64,000 nucleotides of DNA from Fimbriosthenelais zetlandica (lineage: Eukaryota). The stretch lies in assembly GCA_977030845.1 (NCBI GenBank), contig OZ365115.1, positions 29,636,001 to 29,700,000 of the forward strand, read 5' to 3'. The translations under genes and the position numbers were made by a program. A model generated the notes under the pieces. It saw only the letters and a list, made by a program, of their open reading frames with translations. It searched no databases and was not told where the DNA came from. Shown here one piece after another: positions 24,962-36,900 of this stretch (position 1 is its first letter; each line of letters opens with the position of its first letter).

Positions 24962-27918
24962 AACACATCTACACCAACCAGTTATTTACTGTGCCAAAAT
25001 AATGTGCATCTCATCTATTGATAGATCATGATCTTAGCCACAAGGTTTTAATTTCTTTGTTAAACCATTTTAAGAAACATGTTTTCTTTTATCCCAGTTT
25101 GTGGAGCTAAACTTTTAAACGTTTTTAGTCGTGTTTATATTTCGGGTTTGAAAGATACCAAATTACCTCTCTGTGGGAATATATACGTGTATTAAAAAGA
25201 CTCCAAATGAATCGTCTCATGGTAGACTGTCACATTCCCTATTTCAATATTTGGAATGACTTGAATTCTGGCAAAATAAGGGAGCTGTGAGGATGTGTAG
25301 CATTTAAAACAAATTATGTGTTAGTCCTGGTTATATTTCCCTGATGGAAATTTGCATACTTGAATTTCACCCTGTTTCCACTATGATATTAAGAGTTTGA
25401 GGGCCAAAGGAGCATTAGAAACATGGATTGTCCAGTACTGAAACTGCCATGTCGTCTTATCCCGATGTGAGAAATTGTACTCTAGTCACAAACCAGGCTT
25501 GCATTCTGTCAAATAGTCATCTCTGAGTTAACTGCTGAAAAATGTTTGAATGACATTTAACAAACGGAAAAAATTCGATTTAAACAGAGGTTTAGAATCT
25601 AATATATAGTTATCTAGCTTAAGGAGAATCTACAGCACTTCGTGTTGCCGCACACTAATATTATTTAAAAGCTTTCTATCAATAATCATGCATTTGAAAG
25701 TAAGACTTATCAGTGTTCTCTTGTTCATGTATTAGTTGCTGATAAAAGAAATATTTTGTATGTTAAAAAAGGAAAATATTTGGCATCCAAGACAAATATA
25801 TGCAGCAAATTGGTTTAAGATTATAGGTTATTTAATGCCATGGAAGCATTAGAAGCAATGTCACAATAATAAAAGATCAACAAGTATTCTGGATTTTGTG
25901 CCTTTTATTACCTTTATCTCCTAGAAATTCACTTAAGTTAATAAATGCAAAAAAAGCTATGAAAGGTTCTACAACAGCGATATTATTGAAGCCTTTCTTA
26001 CAAGATATATTTTTGACCAGTATATTAAGCCTTCCTTATTAAGAATTCCACTTTTCTTCCTCTGTTTTTGTGTTCTCTTAAACATCAAATGCCACGTAAT
26101 TCTATGAGAGATACCCGTTTTTTACATATCAAGATATCACTTTAATTAGTTTCGGTTCTAATAACCATCAATCGGTTTGGAACCAGAAAAGGTGTTCAGC
26201 TTGCCCGTATGTGTGACGACACAAGGAGGTATTATTAAAACGGGGCTTCAAACGCTTCAAGAAACGTCAGGAATTTAACTTCATCTAGCAACTCTCAAAT
26301 ACACAATACCAAACCTATCTTATATCACCAGTAATAGATTAGTATACTCTGAAGTATGCCATTAAAAATATCAAACTTTTCCCCTAATAAAAACATTCCT
26401 ACACGAATGCAAAAGACTCCGTCCTCGACATTTGAAACATCTTTTCATTAGTAGTAGGGACCAGTGGGATTTTCTTAATTCCACATTGAAAATAGCGACT
26501 GACCCTTTTCTTATCAAGAATACAACTTCTCAACGGGAAAATCTATGATATGAATACAATGGACGACACGGTGGGTAGTAATCTTCGTACAATATTTCAA
26601 TTAACTAATGCTTGTGGATATTATATTCTACGCCTAAGACAATCAAGTTATACAGTGATATTTAATAAATTAACGAGTTTATACATTAACCGAATGGTTC
26701 TGATAATAACCATCGGTGGCGATTCCTGCATGGCAGTGAGCATGATGCTCCTTTGCGCAATTATACAATTTATAACATCCATACACATAGACTCCCCAAC
26801 TTCTGACAAATTTGAATGCTGTTCGGATAATGCGGTGCATATTCTTTTGGTTTAGCGGTAATTACATATTTCATCCGTGTGAGAAAAAGAACGAAGTGTT
26901 CGTTCTCCATGTATAACAGTGAATTATAACAAAGAGTACAATCTCTGAGTTAATAACACTAAGGCTTTCCCAGATGGGGAAAAGCTGAGATAATATTAAC
27001 TTTATACTCTCACAGTTCATGTAAAATATTTTAAAAAAAAGATCACCCGCCATTTCAGCCAAACTGTTACAGCCTGTACCCATACACGAGTCCATCATAT
27101 ATATTTTTTTTTAAATAAAGGAACAAACTGAGTCTACATTTTGAGGGGTTAGAGTAACAGCTGCTGATAAGCAATATTTATGAAACAGCTGGACCAGTCG
27201 ACGCTTGTATGTTTTCTCTACTGTCACTCTCTTTCGTGCTACAATCAGTAACAATATCAAGAAATACCTAAGCAAATTAGCTGTTTGCTATGTCTAAGAC
27301 CATGCAAGCCAGCGGATAAATGAAATATAAACAGAATACGTACGAGTATATAATTATATATTTAACCTAAAATGCATCTCAGAATCTATTCCAAACGGTC
27401 CCAGCTCGTGAAGATTTTAGTAGCAGAAACATGTAAGCATTCAGGGACAAGTTAATGTATTCTCTCCAGTGAAATATCACCGTTTTCTACCTGGTAGCTG
27501 CAGTAACAATTTGATCTATGATACAGTTCCAAATCATTTCAGTTAGAATGTTGTAACTTGATTTGATATGTTCAAAACTTAAGCACTTAGTCTCTTAATT
27601 CAATAAATGTAAGGGATGCAGTATTATATTAATGCACAAAGCACAGCCTTTGAAATAAGAAAATTATAGTCTAACATATATTAAAGTGAGGAGTATAAAT
27701 TTACAGATTCACATAATCTCTGTAAAAACTACAGAATTCTCATACTAACAAGATTCATACCGGGTGCATAACTTTACATTAAATTGTGTTGAGATTGAGA
27801 AAAATTACAGTAGATAAAAGGTAATGTAATGGACAGTAAACGACCACAACATCGAGAATGTTACCTGCTTATGACATATATCCTCCATGGTCATGTGAAT
27901 ACAATTATGCATTTTTTC

Positions 27919-27950
27919 ATGGATGCAAGAAAATATGGATGCAAGAAAAT
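27919..27950. repeat. 16-bp tandem duplication (ATGGATGCAAGAAAAT x2)
   Basis: Two adjacent exact copies. Confidence 0.8.
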
Positions 27951-29031
27951 TCTATTAAAATCCAATCTCCTAAAGAAGCACGATAATCAGTCATGTTCCT
28001 GGATGGACGAAATTATAGAAGCTAATTGAGTACAAGAAGCTATTGCCTGCCCTGGGAACTAAACTTTAAATAGTCAAGAATGCTATTCTAAATTTGAAAC
28101 ACGATATGAGAATAAAAAATTGAAAAGTCACATTTTCACTGTCAATGGAAGCCGTTTCTATTGATAAACCTATTGGTTTAAAAATTCCTAAGATTTCAGC
28201 AGCATGTCAGCAATTCCAATTACTATCAGCCACAAAACCGAGACAAGGAAAATTGGTACGTATCAACCATTAGAATAAGCAGACGTGTTAAAGTAATTTT
28301 CGGGCGAAAATTGTCAAACATATCAAACTTGGCATAAAAGCTCGGTATAAATTCATTCAAATAGAGGAATATCAGACATATTAATTAAGGCTGATTTCCC
28401 CTGTATAAGCTATTTTAGCAGGCTGCGGTTTGATCAGAAAAGATAGAAATGTAACTAAGAAAATGTAATAATAAAAAAAAAATAGAACCAATTCCTCAAA
28501 CAGGGAAAAGGGTTCATTAAACATCGAGGAACGAGGTGAAGTCAACGGGGAAATATAGAGAGCAAGTATTACATCCAGGTATCAAAAGTATATATATATA
28601 TTGATAAATTCAACATTGCGTTTTTTTCTCCCTATTATATTATACATCACAAAAATTGAATTGAAAATATGAGAAGGATCATCAAAACCCATGACCACTG
28701 GGTTATTTCTTTCATAGTAAGCTTCACACCCTATCTCCACCACCTCCGATTTTCTGTGCCTTTAACAATATTATAAAAGTATTAGAATGGGGCAAAACAC
28801 ATGCTCATACGAACTGTCAGCTATTAAAACTGACCAATTCTAAAATCTCTGTTCTATCGGACTCTGCCTCAGCTCTCATTTGAAACAACTTCCTCCAGAA
28901 TTAAACAGTGATATCCTGTAACAAGTATTATCACTCAAACAAATATATATTGGTCTGGCAGTACATGTAATACAAATTCCTAGGTATCAATTCACTTTTC
29001 ATAGCAATATTATAATGTTGGATTTGTTGTC

Positions 29032-29132
29032 AGCCGAAAAACTTTGCCCACATACGACAAACCAAATTTAATCCAAATCAACCAAGCCGAAAAACTTTGC
29101 CCACATACGACAAACCAAATTTAATCCAAATC
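29032..29132. repeat. 48-bp direct repeat, period 53
   Basis: AGCCGAAAAACTTTGCCCACATACGACAAACCAAATTTAATCCAAATC at 29032-29079 and 29085-29132, exact copies about 280 bp downstream of the PPP1R2 stop. Confidence 0.9.
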
Positions 29133-29409
29133 TACTTGTCCAAAAATCCCAGACCTACGGCTGAATCCCTGGTCTAATGATACACCTTGGCGAGTCCTTC
29201 AATCACAACACATTATGCTAAGTATGATCAAACTAGAGTGGCGTATTAATAGTGAGCGGTATATATACACTATACCCATCACCACCACCTCCTCATCTGT
29301 GAAACCCTTTCGTTTGGCAGTTCTGTAACTTTTAGGGTCATGTTTACAACCTGGGACCCCTGAATCCCACCTTCTCTCAACTCTGCATCTATTAAACCAC
29401 CAGGTGGGA

Positions 29410-32255
29410 TCATTGACTTGTTTCTCCTAATTTATTTTGGTCTTCCTTCTCCTCTGCTTGTCCTTCCTTCCCTTCCTCTGCCTCTTCTTCCTCCTCTTCT
29501 TGTTCTAACAACTGTTTGCCTAATTTGACTGCGTGGAATTCGTTGTAATGTAGTTTGCGTTTGAGCTCGAAGTGCTTTCTCTTGGCTGTGGATAAAGAAA
29601 TTGTATTAGGCCAATTACAAAATATAAATATTTAGCTGTAATTATATTATAATATGAATTCTCAACAAGAATAAAGATTTGGAATGAACATCCTCACCCC
29701 GCTCTTCTTCTGTCTCCTCTATTTCTTCCTCACTAGATTCTTCAAATTCCTCCCCTGCACTTCGCCGACGTTCTCTACGTTCTAATCCTAACACTAGATC
29801 TGTTGGATCCAGATCGGGCGTCTCGCTGTCTGAACCGTCAGCATCTTCGAGCATCTTGTTATAGGGTGTTGGAGGCTCGTCTATTTTGATGTGACCATAG
29901 TCCTTCCCTTCTGGGTGGTATGTGGCCAAAATGCTCATTTCGTCCCATTTCATCTCTCGTTTCTCAGCATTAGGGCTATAAAACAGAAAAATAAATGTGT
30001 TATTCCTGCAAATCTCGGACCACAATGGAATAAATTGTCAGCGAAGATCTTGCGGAAATATAGAGAGATATCAGAATAGACCAGAGATTAAAGGTACACA
30101 TGAAGACTATATACACCCTAACAACAAAGACGCTCTGAGGATTAAATCAATGAGACAGGCAGAGAGAAGGGCGTTGCCAATGACAGAAGTCCCAATCCAT
30201 AAGCCATATGATATATACGTTTGTATTATATAGAATACAAAGGAAATGCCTTCATTAGATCTCCCTTTCAGTACCAACATATTGCCTCTGATGTTAGGGG
30301 GAAATCTTGTAAAAATAAACCTTAAAATTTAAGAATAGATTACATTAAGAATAGTTTTAACATCAAGGCGTAAAAACGTCAAACTAGTTTTAACATCAAC
30401 ATCTCACTTGTCTGGAATTTACTAAGTAGATCTGGATTTGTTATATGAAAAAAGAGCCCTTGATAACTTTGACCACCCTCTTGGGTTAGATGTGGCTATA
30501 TTAATTTCCCAGGAGTTTCCTGCAGGCCCCGGCCTTGTAAGGTTCAGTATTGATTGTTACAATTCCTTGCCTGTTTCAGCATTGTACCCTAACCACTAAT
30601 TCTTAACTTGATTTCACATTGACGTGTTTCCAATTTCCTATTTTGTATGTAGCCAATCCCATGATAGAGATCTATTCACTCAACACTGCCAACATCATGC
30701 ATCAGCACGGTTGCTATTGTTAATCTACTTTCAGAAGTTTTTCATCGATCAGAACTGAACATATAGTTTGGTGGTGGCAGCTAGCTTCCCAAGGAAATGA
30801 TAGCCACAAATTAACACATCTTATTTCGGATTAATAATATTCACAAAGTCTGTTAAAGCAACACGGTTAAAGTGTCCACAACTAAAAAGGGACAAATAGT
30901 ATACCGGTATTCATAAAGAGATAAGCTACTGTTTGTGTAGATTAGATATATATACCATCACCATGTATATATTTTATACTGGTAAGTCTTCTAGTAATAG
31001 ATCAAGTCCATCGAAGATCATGAAGAGAACTACTATTGTTATCTGAGGTACTGCTTGATCAATAAGAATGAATTGTAGGCCTAATGATGTTCACGTCTAA
31101 GAGACAGGTAAACTTATATAGAAAAATATATCTATTGATCACACGCAAAATAACCATTTGGATATGATTCACTGATGATTGATGGGTTGTGAGACTGGGC
31201 TTCAATGCCAACAGGCCACACATTGAGTGGTTCAGATGAGGTGTCCACCTTGCCTCATGTAAGGTTTCCATTTCTTTTATAGATTTTCAAATGGCTTGCC
31301 ACCTTCACAGGAATAAAACTGCTTGACCAACCTGTGAGACATAGATGCCAAATCAGAGAGTTAGTACGAGTCTCGACTAGATCTAGGCCTATATTAAAAT
31401 ATCATATAGATCTAATCCTTTCAAAGGATGTCATGAGATTTTTTAATTTTTTTTAATTTTTTTTTTTTTTTACATTATTTTATATTTGGAAATACCGGTA
31501 GGCCTAATGTTGAACTGAAATAACCAGAATAGCCTAGGCCTTCCGTAATTAATAACCTGCAATGTTAACTTGTCGGCTGAATAGCATCAAGCTAATGTTC
31601 TACTTTTCTGTAATTGACATTTGTACCGACGCTAAATAAAGGCTTGAAATGAAATGAAATTATAATTTAATTTAAATGCATATTTTTACTTTTAGGGCTA
31701 ATTTAGGGGAACAAAATTTACATAAAATTTGAAATCGCAATAAAATACAGCCAGACTTGGCTATAGCCTATTTCCTATATCCTAGATTACACTCTAGGGA
31801 ATAAACAAGATAAAAACAAGACATTATGATTAGGCCGCCTACAAATCAATATTATTGGGGTAAAAGTTGCAGGACAAAATTCTCAAATAACAGACAAGTC
31901 AGATCGTCGCTTGAAAACCTCAACAACAGTTCATATTATAATAATCTCTGCGGTAACAAAAACAAGCTAGACAGACCCTCCCCCGCCCCCAAAATAACAG
32001 ACTCTCCTGTACATCAATACACAACACACGTTAGCACACTGACAGACATGATGGGAGATAACTAAGACTGCCCACCGGCCACCCACACACTCTACACCCG
32101 TGAAAGTTGATCAAAGAAAACGCAGGCAACACCCGGTCACATGGAAAGGAAAGATTGACAAACAAATATACTTACTCAGCCGCTTGCTCTCCTCCTTTGT
32201 CAAAGCTGGTAGATGATTTTAGTATGCCCTTGATAGGTTTCTTTTCCGATGCCAT
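29410..32255 (-). CDS. PPP1R2: Protein phosphatase 1 inhibitor-2, 177 aa
   Basis: Exons 32255-32176, 29975-29698 and 29585-29410, GT-AG and phase-consistent. Motifs: KGILK (SILK), EMKWDEM (KSQKW-like), TYHP..KDYG..KIDEPPTPY (PxTP phosphosite), KRKLHYNE, acidic tail. Confidence 0.95.
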
Positions 32256-32600
32256 CTTGCTTTCTGACGTCCACAGTCCTCCACAGTTTGTGCAAGATGG
32301 CGGTCTCCTGATGGAACCGAAGTCAATATGAAAGAGGGGCTCTGATTGGTTCATGACTAAAAGACTAGTGCCAGGAAAGAAATAGCATTTTGGGGGATAT
32401 CTTGACGGCAGATGTCATTTATCTGTTATGAATTATTCAAATTGAATTTGGAAATGACCAATGTGCGAAATATTGAATCTCTGCGTTAAAAAAACATAAT
32501 TTACATTCGAAACATGGTCCAGATGACAGAAACCGGAAGTCGTCAAACGGGCCAATCAGAGCTGCTCTTGCAAAGGACGATTTGTAAACAGCCGAGTAAA
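32256..32600. promoter_or_regulatory. Putative bidirectional promoter PPP1R2 / VCPIP1
   Basis: Divergent genes. CCAAT boxes at 32345-32349 (ATTGG), 32458-32462 and 32552-32556; ETS site CCGGAAGT at 32533-32540; YY1-like AAGATGGCGG in the PPP1R2 5' region. Confidence 0.6.
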
Positions 32601-33905
32601 AAGCGTGAGCATGACATGAATCTTGGAGCTAAATACAGACGTAGATGTCAACAAATTTCACCATTCCTGATGCCGTATGTTGATGTCAGTATAGTTTTTA
32701 TTCTCTTTGTAAACTGTTGTGTCTTTAGAGATTGCTAAATGAGGTTCTTTCCTTGTATAAATCGAATGAAACGCGCACATAGTGACATAGGCCTACTGAC
32801 TATGATGACTATCCTTATCCTATCCTACTACTATGTTATGCCTATGTCCCCAGTAGGCTAGTCAGGAAAGGGAGTGAATGAATATTAGAGTCAGTTTTCC
32901 CCGCCCTGGTTATTGTTGCATAATCCTTTTGACAGAAAATATACGTAAGAAGATGCCACATATTGTTTGCCCTATAATAATGATGTAGGGCCTATGGTTC
33001 TTCTGAGCTGAGGGGTTTGGCAAAAAATGCACCATGAATGATGAATGATTAGCTTTTAGGTTTTGTCATGTCTCATGTTTTGTTTCAGTGTCATTTTAGT
33101 GAATTTTAACTGTCAATCTGTTTCGATTCTGGATTTCTTCGTTTTCATGGTTTGGATCTCAATTTGAACTTATTGGGGATTCAAAGATACATCTGAATAA
33201 AATAATTTGTTCAGTAGGCATACCGTAGGCTATCTAAATTTCTTATAAGTAGAAGTAGGCCCTATTAGATCTAATACAAAATTATATAGGCCTACCCAGA
33301 CACTATATTTTATTCGGCCTAATAGTAATAGTACGCGAGGTTATACTGTTAAAATATATTCAGCTGAACATGGTTATGGCTATTTCCCATGGCCATGCAA
33401 TATTAGAAAGGAATTCCCCTATATTGATGGTTTCAGTTCTCACGATGTGCTGTTGCAATCAGTTATTCCTCTTTGCACAGCAGGCCAGGATCGACTCTAT
33501 ATTATTCCCAGATATGTCTAATTTAGATGGAATTATTCCAATGGAAGGGGAAAATGTCGGCTTTTATTTACTTTATACGGATTTAGAGACAGGTAAGTGT
33601 ATTACAGTGCCCGGTATATACCATGACAAGGTCTTGATTGGTCGTTTAGGGCATAATTAATCAAGGAAGAGGATTATGTCTATTCCCCGTCATGTGGTCT
33701 CAAATCTTTCCTCATTATCATGTTGGTAGGTTAGTTTATGGCGATATAATCCACATTCTGATTTTACTTAAATCGCCCAAAAGCCCAGTGCTTCAAACAA
33801 GGAAGTTAATTTAATCATGAAAGTGAAATTAATCATAGACAATGGGAATCGTGTCGTCCACTCATGATTCTAATTTCATTTCACTTCTTTCCAGCAGTAG
33901 ATGCA

Positions 33906-36900
33906 ATGTCGGTTGAGGAACGTGCCAGCTGCCCAGTCCTGAGTGGCTGCTGCCCAGATGATGCCTGTAAAACCAAGCTTTACTTTCCTGCCTATGATGA
34001 CAGCATTGAATGCACCAGCTGTGGCCAGAGACACCCTAAAGAAGCCCTCAAGGACATCACAGAAGCCAAGACCACCAACGATGTCAGAAAGTACATTTAC
34101 GATCTCCTGGTCCGATACCAGAAACCGAAAAAAGGGCCAGAATCGGTCAAAGTCCTTGGGCGATCGAACTATGAATGTAAAATCCTTTCACCTATCCTGA
34201 CCAAGTATGGCATGGACAATAAGACTGGGAAAGCTCGACTCTTGTCAGAAATGGGACGTGGAAACATGTTTGATTTTGCCAGTTTGAGTGATAGAGCTTT
34301 TATGATAGAGCCTGATCAGGCCGGTGTGAGTGGGTATGGGAGAGACCACACGGGGAGCATGTCATATCTGAAGGAAACCCTGGCAGTCTTCAACTCTAAA
34401 GAAGAATGTTTTCTCCCCATTCACGCCGATGGCGATGGCCATTGTCTTGTACATGCCGTTTCAAGGGCCCTCATAGGAAGGGAACTTTTCTGGCACCCCC
34501 TGAGGGCTAATCTGAAAGCTCATATTATGCAGGAGAGAGACAGGTACATGGAACTGTTTGAGAATTACATAGACCGCAGTGAGTGGCCTGATATTATCAA
34601 GGAATGTGATCCTGATTATGTACTGTCTACCAAAGACACAATGGGGCTGAGAAACATCCATATTTTTGGACTTGCTAATGTTTTACGGAGGCCAATCATT
34701 CTCCTTGATTCAATAGAGTGGATCATGAACTCGGGAGATTATACAGGTAACCTCACTAGTTAATTCCTCCCAAATAGATTTAATTTATTTATGTGACAAC
34801 TTACTTTAGTAATTGTCCGAATAGTGTTCAAATATATAATTCAAAATCAACTCATCCAATTACTCAATTACTCTCCCTCCCTCAGTTACTCTTTACTACA
34901 TTACTCCCTCTGACACCAGTCACTTATTTCAATTATACCACACAGTAGTTTCATCCATTAAATAACGAATTATTTTTCAGGTATATTTCTGCCTGGTCTT
35001 CGCCACCCTGACGAATGTAAGAACAAGAAAGGTGAGTTAAACAAGCCTCTGTGTCTGGCGTGGAGCAGTAACGGACACAATCATTACATCGCCGTGGTGG
35101 GTGTGAAGGGGCGACCTGTACCTCGTATACCTAACTGGATGATCCATAAATGTGGGGTGTGGGGCATGTCTCAAGATCATCTACTCCAATACATAGACAT
35201 GGACGAGGACGGCTCGGTAGTCATTGGTGGTACCAAGGGAACTGGGGTAAGATGTCATTTTGAATTATGTTATTGTACTGATAATAGGGATTTCCAATTT
35301 TAATCCAGAAATATACCATGACAACTGCCTTAAAAATTAAACGTTCAGCCATCTTTAGATTTTAATGATTTTGAAGGATATTTCCCATGATTGATGTCAT
35401 AAATATTGCCCATTTTAGCATAAGTTTTTTTTACCTTGGATTACAATTGAATATCAAATTAATTTGCATCATTCTACAGGATCAGTATCTACTACGCCTC
35501 ATGCGAGCCATGGAGGAAGTTTTCCTCGAGAAACACGAAGTGGCCAGCTCACTGGTTACAGATGTACATCACTATGTGCTCAAATCAGCGGGTGAGTTGC
35601 TCACATATTTACTCACTTTCCCAATGAAATTATATATTATATAAAAAAAATATATATAAATTCCTAATTCCTGTCTTGGCAAAATCATGATGGAATGTAA
35701 TACAGTATTATCTAGGCTGTTTAATCTATTCATTTCTCTATAGTGATGGATAATTTGGTTTAATGTTTGATACATTATTTGATATAATTTCAGGGATAGT
35801 TGGTTTCTGTCCTGATGTTGTGATATCAGAGACATCCCATGCAGTACGTGAGAAGCGTTTATTCCGCTGTATCTCATGCCAGGCGCTCTCTATGATGAGT
35901 GTACCCGCCAAGGGCTTCCTACCTACTGGTCATCTCTACAAGCTGGCTATTAACTGTCATGGTAAACTCGACCCAGGCAAACGCTACTCCTTCCCTACTG
36001 AAGGTAGCAAATATTGGCATTTATATATGTAAAATAATGTACCCACTATGAGGTAGTTGAATTTTTGTTGCATTTTTCACATGGTAGTAAACCTGGATTT
36101 GCCGTCTCACTACCACAATTCAGGTACCTAGTCTACCCCTTTGGGATATATTTAAGCAGCTATAACAAATTTACCTTTGTTATTTCAGGGATAATTTGTT
36201 CCTATAGCGAAAAGCAAGATCGCCTTGTTCCAGAGAGGCTGTCATCTTGTGGATTTTGTGAAGGGTAAGTTATTGAATTTCTAATATTGCCTGGGTATGT
36301 ATTTGCTAAGTTTGTTTCATTTTACGTTAATATCTCTTGCCGTCATGACTTATTATATAACATCTACCAACAATTATGTTTCAGGACTCAGATGAGACTA
36401 GTCAATGGTGATGGTAGCGTGTGTTTTGTGAATGGGGATAGGACGAGTACACGATCCATGAATACTAAGTCTTCCAGTGGTTTCAAACTCCACTGGGAGG
36501 GAAAGGAATACGATAATATGCCCAAAGTGTAAGGACCTATTTCACAAGTGATACCAAAAATACCCAATAATATGCCTTGAACCAAAGTTGGCATACATGG
36601 TATATGCATACCTAATGTGATTTTCGGTAATTTTTTCCCAATTTGTGAATATTATGTGTGTCATTTTCATCTCAACAGGTTCCCGGTAACATTGAAATGG
36701 GGCTCCAATGTTATATCTGAAAAGGTGGTGTGGTTCGAAGATGAATCTGACCCTGAATTAAATGGCAACGCTTTCGAAATAGCGAACCAGCTCGTCCAGA
36801 AACACTTCCCAGGTTAGCTACTACAATCCTTAGATTAAGCTCAGCACCACTATCTGGTACAATGTTAAATTTTTCATGTGGAAAAGCATCTATTGCTATA

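Noticed and set aside
25900-28700. AT-rich stretch with short ORFs (26550-26855 and others), possibly a decayed transposon
   Set aside because: No transposase, RT or terminal-repeat signature could be recognised.
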